64,000 nucleotides of DNA from Escherichia phage PE37. The stretch is from sequence record NC_054929.1, one strand, 5' to 3'. Below, piece by piece: positions 57,577 to 64,000 of this stretch. The notes beneath the pieces are model-generated. The model was given only the letters and a program-made list of their open reading frames with translations. It had not been told where the DNA came from and searched no databases. Position 1 is the first letter of the stretch. Every line of letters starts with the position of its first letter. Position numbers and translations under genes: made by a program.

Positions 57577-59394
57577 ATGATTAAGAATGAAATTAAAATT
57601 CTGAGCGATATTGAACATATCAAAAAGCGTAGTGGCATGTATATTGGCTCTTCTGCTAATGAAATGCATGAGCGCTTTCTGTTTGGTAAATGGGAAAGTG
57701 TTCAGTATGTACCTGGTCTTGTTAAGCTCATTGATGAAATTATCGATAACTCAGTCGATGAAGGTATTCGTACTAAGTTTAAATTCGCGAATAAAATTAA
57801 TGTTACCATTAAAAATAATCAGGTAACAGTTGAAGATAACGGTCGTGGTATTCCACAAGCGATGGTTAAAACACCTACCGGTGAAGAAATTCCTGGTCCA
57901 GTTGCTGCTTGGACTATTCCAAAAGCAGGTGGTAACTTTGGTGATGATAAAGAACGTGTCACCGGTGGTATGAATGGTGTTGGTTCTAGTTTAACTAACA
58001 TTTTTTCTGTGATGTTTGTCGGTGAAACTGGCGATGGTCAAAATAATATTGTAGTTCGTTGTTCAAATGGTATGGAAAATAAATCCTGGGAAACTATTCC
58101 TGGAAAATGGAAAGGAACTCGTGTTACTTTCATTCCTGATTTTATGTCATTTGAAACTAATGAGCTGTCTCAGGTTTATCTTGATATTACACTGGATCGT
58201 CTCCAGACACTTGCTGTTGTTTATCCTGATATTCAATTTACCTTTAATGGTAAAAAGGTTCAGGGCAATTTTAAGAAATATGCACGACAGTATGATGAAC
58301 ACGCTATTGTTCAAGAACAAGAAAATTGTTCTATTGCGGTTGGTCGTTCACCGGATGGTTTTCGTCAATTAACTTATGTGAATAACATTCACACTAAGAA
58401 TGGTGGTCATCACATTGATTGTGTTATGGATGATATTTGTGAAGACCTTATTCCACAAATCAAACGTAAATTCAAAATTGATGTAACTAAAGCACGCGTT
58501 AAAGAATGTTTGACTATCGTTATGTTTGTTCGTGATATGAAAAACATGCGATTTGATTCTCAAACTAAAGAGCGTTTGACTTCTCCATTTGGCGAAATTC
58601 GTAGTCATATTCAGCTTGATGCTAAAAAGATTTCACGCGCTATTCTAAATAATGAAGCAATTTTAATGCCGATTATTGAAGCTGCGTTGGCTCGTAAATT
58701 GGCGGCAGAAAAAGCAGCAGAAACTAAAGCAGCTAAAAAGGCTTCTAAAGCTAAGGTTCATAAACATATCAAAGCGAATCTCTGTGGTAAAGATGCTGAC
58801 ACTACTCTTTTCTTGACTGAGGGTGATTCTGCTATCGGATATCTTATTGATGTTCGTGATAAAGAACTTCATGGTGGTTATCCATTGCGTGGTAAAGTTC
58901 TCAACAGTTGGGGTATGTCATATGCTGATATGCTTAAAAACAAAGAACTATTTGATATTTGCGCAATCACTGGATTAGTTCTTGGTGAAAAAGCTGAAAA
59001 CTTGAATTATCATAATATTGCTATTATGACCGATGCTGACCATGATGGTTTAGGAAGCATTTATCCTTCTCTGCTCGGATTTTTTAGTAATTGGCCAGAA
59101 TTGTTTGAGCAAGGACGAATTCGCTTTGTCAAAACTCCTGTAATCATCGCTCAGGTCGGTAAAAAACAAGAATGGTTTTATACAGTCGCTGAATATGAGA
59201 GTGCTAAAGATGCTCTACCTAAACATAGCATCCGTTATATTAAAGGACTTGGCTCTTTGGAAAAATCTGAATATCGTGAGATGATTCAAAATCCAGTATA
59301 TGATGTTGTTAAACTTCCTGAGAACTGGAAAGAGCTTTTTGAAATGCTCATGGGAGATAATGCTGACCTTCGTAAAGAATGGATGAGCCAGTAG
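57577..59394 (+). CDS. 39: DNA topoisomerase II large subunit gp39, fused form (ATPase + gene-60-equivalent C-terminus)
   Basis: 605 aa single ORF with GHKL ATPase motifs; T4 has split 39/60, T2/T6 have a fused gene. Confidence 0.9.
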   Translation: MIKNEIKILSDIEHIKKRSGMYIGSSANEMHERFLFGKWESVQYVPGLVKLIDEIIDNSVDEGIRTKFKFANKINVTIKNNQVTVEDNGRGIPQAMVKTPTGEEIPGPVAAWTIPKAGGNFGDDKERVTGGMNGVGSSLTNIFSVMFVGETGDGQNNIVVRCSNGMENKSWETIPGKWKGTRVTFIPDFMSFETNELSQVYLDITLDRLQTLAVVYPDIQFTFNGKKVQGNFKKYARQYDEHAIVQEQENCSIAVGRSPDGFRQLTYVNNIHTKNGGHHIDCVMDDICEDLIPQIKRKFKIDVTKARVKECLTIVMFVRDMKNMRFDSQTKERLTSPFGEIRSHIQLDAKKISRAILNNEAILMPIIEAALARKLAAEKAAETKAAKKASKAKVHKHIKANLCGKDADTTLFLTEGDSAIGYLIDVRDKELHGGYPLRGKVLNSWGMSYADMLKNKELFDICAITGLVLGEKAENLNYHNIAIMTDADHDGLGSIYPSLLGFFSNWPELFEQGRIRFVKTPVIIAQVGKKQEWFYTVAEYESAKDALPKHSIRYIKGLGSLEKSEYREMIQNPVYDVVKLPENWKELFEMLMGDNADLRKEWMSQ

Positions 59395-59397
59395 TTT

Positions 59398-59428
59398 ACT
59401 TTACCACAAGGATGTGGTATAATTAATT
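59398..59428 (+). promoter_or_regulatory. T4-type early promoter
   Basis: gtttactttaccacaaggatgtggtataat. Confidence 0.55.
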
Positions 59429-59448
59429 GGGCAAATGAGGATATTGAA

Positions 59449-59652
59449 ATGAAATCATATAGAGTAAATTTAGAACTTTTTGATAAAGCAGTTCATCGAG
59501 AATATAGAATCATTCAACGCTTTTTCGATATGGGAGAAGCCGAAGAATTTAAAAACCGCTTTAAAGATATTAGAGATAAAATTCAATCCGACACCGCAAC
59601 TAAAGATGAACTACTAGAAGTTGCTGAAGTTATTAAGCGTAATATGAATTAA
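59449..59652 (+). CDS. hypothetical protein (67 aa), rIIA.1-like by position
   Basis: Track ORF. Confidence 0.55.
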   Translation: MKSYRVNLELFDKAVHREYRIIQRFFDMGEAEEFKNRFKDIRDKIQSDTATKDELLEVAEVIKRNMN

Positions 59653-59662
59653 TGAGGAAATT

Positions 59663-61840
59663 ATGATTATCACCACTGAAAAAGAAACAATTCTTGGTAA
59701 TGGTTCTAAATCAAAAGCATTTAGCATCACAGCATCTCCTAAAGTATTTAAAATTCTGTCATCTGATTTGTATACAAACAAAATTCGCGCAGTAGTCCGT
59801 GAATTGATTACCAACATGATTGATGCTCATGCTCTCAATGGAAATCCTGAAAAATTTATCATTCAAGTTCCTGGACGTTTAGATCCACGATTTGTTTGCC
59901 GAGATTTTGGTCCGGGTATGAGTGATTTTGATATTCAGGGTGATGATAATTCTCCTGGTTTGTATAATTCATACTTCAGTTCATCTAAGGCTGAATCTAA
60001 CGATTTCATTGGCGGATTTGGTTTAGGTTCTAAATCTCCGTTTAGTTATACTGATACGTTTAGTATTACTTCGTATCATAAAGGTAAAATTCGTGGTTAT
60101 GTAGCTTACATGGATGGTGATGGCCCACAGATTAAACCTACATTCGTAAAAGAAATGGGTCCAGATGATAAAACTGGTATTGAAATCGTAGTTCCAGTTG
60201 AAGAAAAAGACTTTAGAAACTTTGCTTATGAAGTTTCTTATATCATGCGACCGTTCAAAGATTTGGCTATTATTAATGGTCTTGACCGTGAAATTGATTA
60301 TTTTCCGGATTTTGATGATTATTACGGTGTAAATCCAGAAAGATACTGGCCTGATCGTGGTGGATTATATGCTATCTATGGCGGTATTGTTTATCCTATC
60401 GATGGTGTTATTAGAGACCGTAACTGGCTAAGCATTCGCAATGAAGTGAATTACATTAAGTTTCCAATGGGTTCACTTGATATTGCTCCATCACGTGAAG
60501 CTCTTTCATTGGATGATCGCACTCGTAAAAATATTATTGAACGAGTTAAAGAGCTTAGTGAGAAAGCATTTAATGAAGATGTAAAACGATTTAAAGAATC
60601 TACATCTCCCCGTCACACATATCGTGAATTGATGAAGATGGGGTATTCTGCTCGAGATTATATGATTAGTAATTCAGTCAAATTCACGACTAAAAATCTG
60701 TCATATAAAAAGATGCAGAGTATGTTTGAACCTGACAGTAAGTTATGTAATGCAGGCGTGGTGTATGAAGTAAATCTTGACCCTCGACTGAAGCGCATTA
60801 AGCAAAGTCATGAAACTTCAGCCGTTGCATCAAGTTATCGTCTGTTTGGTATTAATGCAACAAAAATTAATATCGTTATTGATAATATTAAAAATCGTGT
60901 TAATATTGTCCGTGGATTAGCACATGCGTTAGATGATAGTGAATTTAATAACACTTTGAATATTCATCACAATGAGCGTCTTCTGTTTATTAATCCGGAA
61001 GTAGAATCGCAGATTGATTTGCTTCCTGATATTATGGCGATGTTTGAAAGTGATGAAGTTAACATTCATTATTTGTCAGAAATTGAAAATTTAGTTAAAA
61101 GCTATATTCCAAAGGTAGTTAAAAGTAAAGCTCCTCGTCCTAAAGCTGCTACAGCATTTAAGTTTGAAATTAAAGACGGGCGCTGGGAAAAAGAGGAACT
61201 GTTTACACTTACGTCAGAAGCAGATGAAATTACTGGGTATGTAGCGTATATGCATCGTTCTGATATTTTCTCTATGGATGGTACTACATCTCTTTGTCAT
61301 CCATCTATGAATATTTTGATTCGTATGGCTAATCTTATTGGCATTAATGAATTTTATGTTATTCGTCCGCTTTTGCAGAAAAAGGTAAAAGAACTCGGTC
61401 AGTGCCAATGTATTTTTGAAACTCTGCGTGATTTATATGTAGATGCTTTTGATGATGTAGATTATGATAAGTATGTAGGTTATTCAAGTTCAGCTCAACG
61501 GTATATTGATAAAATTATCAAGCATCCTGAACTAGATTTTATGATGAAGTACTTCAGTACAGATGAAGTTTCTGAAGAATATACACGACTCGCTAATATA
61601 GTTAGTTCATTGCGCGGTGTATATTTTAATGGTGGAAAAGATACCATCGGTCATGATATCTGGACAGTAACTAATCTTTTTGATGTATTATCAAATAATG
61701 CTTCAAAAAACAGTGATAAAATGGTTGCTGAGTTTACCAAGAAATTCCGTATTGTTTCCGACTTCATCGGATATCGCAACTCTTTAAGTGATGATGAAGT
61801 TTCCCAAATCGCTAAAACTATGAAGGCCCTTGCGGCCTAA
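59663..61840 (+). CDS. rIIA: rIIA membrane-associated protein
   Basis: 725 aa, length and position as T4 rIIA. Confidence 0.9.
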   Translation: MIITTEKETILGNGSKSKAFSITASPKVFKILSSDLYTNKIRAVVRELITNMIDAHALNGNPEKFIIQVPGRLDPRFVCRDFGPGMSDFDIQGDDNSPGLYNSYFSSSKAESNDFIGGFGLGSKSPFSYTDTFSITSYHKGKIRGYVAYMDGDGPQIKPTFVKEMGPDDKTGIEIVVPVEEKDFRNFAYEVSYIMRPFKDLAIINGLDREIDYFPDFDDYYGVNPERYWPDRGGLYAIYGGIVYPIDGVIRDRNWLSIRNEVNYIKFPMGSLDIAPSREALSLDDRTRKNIIERVKELSEKAFNEDVKRFKESTSPRHTYRELMKMGYSARDYMISNSVKFTTKNLSYKKMQSMFEPDSKLCNAGVVYEVNLDPRLKRIKQSHETSAVASSYRLFGINATKINIVIDNIKNRVNIVRGLAHALDDSEFNNTLNIHHNERLLFINPEVESQIDLLPDIMAMFESDEVNIHYLSEIENLVKSYIPKVVKSKAPRPKAATAFKFEIKDGRWEKEELFTLTSEADEITGYVAYMHRSDIFSMDGTTSLCHPSMNILIRMANLIGINEFYVIRPLLQKKVKELGQCQCIFETLRDLYVDAFDDVDYDKYVGYSSSAQRYIDKIIKHPELDFMMKYFSTDEVSEEYTRLANIVSSLRGVYFNGGKDTIGHDIWTVTNLFDVLSNNASKNSDKMVAEFTKKFRIVSDFIGYRNSLSDDEVSQIAKTMKALAA

Positions 61841-61851
61841 TAAGGAAAATT

Positions 61852-62790
61852 ATGTACAATATTAAATGCCTGACCAAAAACGAACAAGCTGAAATTGTTA
61901 AACTGTATTCAAGCGGTAATTATACTCAGCAGGAATTGGCTGATTGGCAAGGTGTATCAGTTGATACAATCCGTCGTGTTTTGAAAAATGCTGAAGAAGC
62001 TAAACGCTCTAAAGTTACTATTAGCGGTGATATTACAGTTAAAGTTAATAGCGATGCAGTTATTGCTCCAGTTACTAAATCTGACATTATTTGGAATGCA
62101 TCTAAAAAATTCATTTCGATTACTGTCGATGGTGTAACTTATAATGCAACACCTAATACTCATTCAAACTTCCAGGAAATTCTCAATCTGCTTGTAGCGG
62201 ATAAGCTGGAAGAAGCGGCACAAAAAATTAATGTTCGTCGCGCTGTTGAAAAATATATTTCCGGCGATGTTCGAATTGAAGGTGGAAGCTTATTCTATCA
62301 AAATATTGAATTGCGGTCTGGTTTGGTTGATCGTATTCTTGATTCGATGGAAAAAGGCGAAAACTTTGAATTTTATTTTCCGTTCTTGGAAAATCTGCTG
62401 GAAAACCCAAGCCAGAAAGCGGTATCTCGACTTTTTGATTTCTTGGTAGCAAACGATATTGAAATTACAGAAGATGGTTACTTCTATGCTTGGAAAGTAG
62501 TTCGCAGCAATTACTTTGACTGTCACTCAAATACCTTTGATAACAGTCCTGGTAAAGTAGTTAAAATGCCGCGTATTCGTGTGAATGACGATGATACACA
62601 AACTTGTTCTCGTGGTCTGCATGTGTGTTCTAAATCTTATATTCGTCATTTTGGCAGTTCAACCAGCCGAGTTGTAAAAGTTAAAGTTCATCCTCGCGAT
62701 GTAGTATCAATTCCGATTGATTACAACGACGCTAAAATGCGTACCTGCCAATACGAAGTAGTTGAAGACGTTACTGAACAATTTAAATAA
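61852..62790 (+). CDS. rIIB: rIIB protein
   Basis: 312 aa, directly downstream of rIIA. Confidence 0.9.
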   Translation: MYNIKCLTKNEQAEIVKLYSSGNYTQQELADWQGVSVDTIRRVLKNAEEAKRSKVTISGDITVKVNSDAVIAPVTKSDIIWNASKKFISITVDGVTYNATPNTHSNFQEILNLLVADKLEEAAQKINVRRAVEKYISGDVRIEGGSLFYQNIELRSGLVDRILDSMEKGENFEFYFPFLENLLENPSQKAVSRLFDFLVANDIEITEDGYFYAWKVVRSNYFDCHSNTFDNSPGKVVKMPRIRVNDDDTQTCSRGLHVCSKSYIRHFGSSTSRVVKVKVHPRDVVSIPIDYNDAKMRTCQYEVVEDVTEQFK

Positions 62791-62805
62791 GGGCTTCGGC
62801 CCTTA
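62788..62805 (+). other. UUCG-loop hairpin (GGGC-UUCG-GCCC) without strong T-run
   Basis: aagggcttcggccctt after rIIB stop. Confidence 0.5.
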
Positions 62806-62818
62806 ACTAAGGAAAATT

Positions 62819-63013
62819 ATGTTAGGTTATCAAGCACGAGTAAAAGAAGAATACGATCAATTAATGCTCAAAATTAATGCACTGAGCAAATTTTTAGAAA
62901 GCGCAAAGTTTCTAACGGTTAGTGCAGTTGAGCAAGAATTACTGCTTTCGCAGTTTATTTCAATGAAATCTTACGCAGATTGTTTAGAGAAAAGAATTGC
63001 ACAATTCAAATAA
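62819..63013 (+). CDS. hypothetical protein (64 aa)
   Basis: Track ORF. Confidence 0.5.
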   Translation: MLGYQARVKEEYDQLMLKINALSKFLESAKFLTVSAVEQELLLSQFISMKSYADCLEKRIAQFK

Positions 63014-63016
63014 AGT

Positions 63017-63040
63017 AAAGGGCTTCGGCCCTTTTGTTTT
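63017..63040 (+). terminator. intrinsic terminator (GGGC-UUCG-GCCC + T-run)
   Basis: aaagggcttcggcccttttgtttt. Confidence 0.7.
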
Positions 63041-63099
63041 AAGGGAAACTATGATTTATTATATTAACATCAGTGATTCCGACGTAAAAGGAAAGTTTA

Positions 63100-63657
63100 A
63101 TGCAGAAAACGAATCCGGGTTTACAGAGACTACTTCAGATTCCGGCATTTACCATGTCTAATAGTGACTTGACTAGTGAAATGAAGGTCAAAATTGCTGA
63201 TACAGCAAGATACTCTTTAAAACAAAATCCAAATCAGGATAAAGCAGAAGTTATCGAAAGATGCCGTATCGCGGTGTACGCAGAGTTTTTTGTAGCAGAT
63301 TGGCTAAGCGGGTATGTTAACAAAGGCCAAGAGGATGTTAATGACCCATATACATACGCATGGGATGTATTGGCGCATCCAAGATACTGCGGGCTTCGTG
63401 TAGAAGTTAAGACACACCAAACTGGCTCACGTTGGATTTCTGTAACAACAGGATGCAGCGGAGAGTATCCATATGGTTCTGGAATAAATCTAGGGCCCAT
63501 TCTAAATCATCAAGTCGCTGACTGTATAATTATATTCAACACTAAAGAAATTCATCCAGGTGTCATCCAGTACACTCCGAAGTTCATCGGTGATAAAGAA
63601 GACCTTCGTAAGGTTGTAAGAAAAAGCAACTACAACGGATGGTATCTTTCCATTTAA
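63100..63657 (+). CDS. denB: endonuclease IV DenB
   Basis: 185 aa, position downstream of rIIB as T4 denB. Confidence 0.75.
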   Translation: MQKTNPGLQRLLQIPAFTMSNSDLTSEMKVKIADTARYSLKQNPNQDKAEVIERCRIAVYAEFFVADWLSGYVNKGQEDVNDPYTYAWDVLAHPRYCGLRVEVKTHQTGSRWISVTTGCSGEYPYGSGINLGPILNHQVADCIIIFNTKEIHPGVIQYTPKFIGDKEDLRKVVRKSNYNGWYLSI

Positions 63658-63674
63658 AAATTTCACAAAACGGT

Positions 63675-63705
63675 TTACATACCACAAGGACTGTGGTACT
63701 ATACA
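63675..63705 (+). promoter_or_regulatory. T4-type early promoter with conserved leader
   Basis: gtttacataccacaaggactgtggtactat + acaactatcaactgatacggatttggagagtaaaATG. Confidence 0.55.
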
Positions 63706-63736
63706 ACTATCAACTGATACGGATTTGGAGAGTAAA

Positions 63737-64000
63737 ATGAAATTTAAATTTTATTATGCTAAGCATAAAATAACTGATGAGTTTGTGTCAGTTGAATATT
63801 CTAGCGATGATGAAGGCATGATTTATACTCGCTTAGGACTATCGCATTGGGAGTCTGATCAGCCTTATTTTTCAACTCCTGAAGAAATTACACGCTTAGT
63901 TAATGGTCATATGAATGACCACTGGAATGTAATTCTTTCGGATAGTCTTAAAAATGCTATTAATAATAATGAAATGAAAATCGCTGAGATTGAACTATGA
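63737..64000 (+). CDS. hypothetical protein (87 aa)
   Basis: Track ORF 63725..64000 trimmed to ATG after conserved leader. Confidence 0.5.
   Translation: MKFKFYYAKHKITDEFVSVEYSSDDEGMIYTRLGLSHWESDQPYFSTPEEITRLVNGHMNDHWNVILSDSLKNAINNNEMKIAEIEL

Noticed and set aside
57234-57638. 134-aa minus-strand ORF overlapping the lipoprotein gene and the start of gene 39
   Set aside because: It lies antisense within well-supported + strand genes and promoter/terminator elements and has no RBS; treated as a shadow ORF. The same applies to other long minus-strand track ORFs such as 55104-55559, 29886-30302, 42564-42908 and 34137-34481.

Overview
This window is a contiguous early/middle-gene block of a T4-like (T-even, Tequatrovirus-type) Escherichia phage, read in the direction of early transcription. 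Almost every gene is on the + strand, tightly packed, with many ATGA/TAATG start-stop overlaps. Recognisable genes in order are regB, tk, rI, nrdC, 49 (endonuclease VII), nrdD, nrdG, 55, alpha-gt, 47, 46, rpbA, 45, 44, 62, regA, 43, imm, 42, uvsX, 40, 41, dmd, sp, 61, dam, 56, soc, modB, modA, dda, dexA, 39, rIIA, rIIB and denB. Identifications rest on recall of the T4 proteins (sequence, length, synteny); no database search was run. The phage is not T4 itself: gene 39 is a single fused 605-aa ORF (T2/T6-like, no gene 60 split or mobA), nrdD has no intron, the beta-gt locus holds a different 280-aa glycosyltransferase preceded by a GIY-YIG endonuclease gene, and segF is absent between 56 and soc. 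Intergenic regions carry repeated early-promoter cassettes (GTTTAC, 18 bp, TATAAT), MotA-box middle promoters and UUCG-tetraloop terminators. The most interesting candidate for an undescribed system is an apparent insertion between gene 61 and dam at 44408-45265: a 186-aa ORF with a PD-(D/E)xK nuclease-like motif, translationally coupled to dam, next to the only antisense gene in the window (a 66-aa membrane protein). Other leads are a macro-domain protein upstream of tk, a nucleotidyltransferase plus AAA+ ATPase pair, and a tandem array of proteins with C-terminal coiled coils. Coordinates of ORFs that I called by hand (not in the supplied track) and of promoters/terminators may be off by 1-2 nt.
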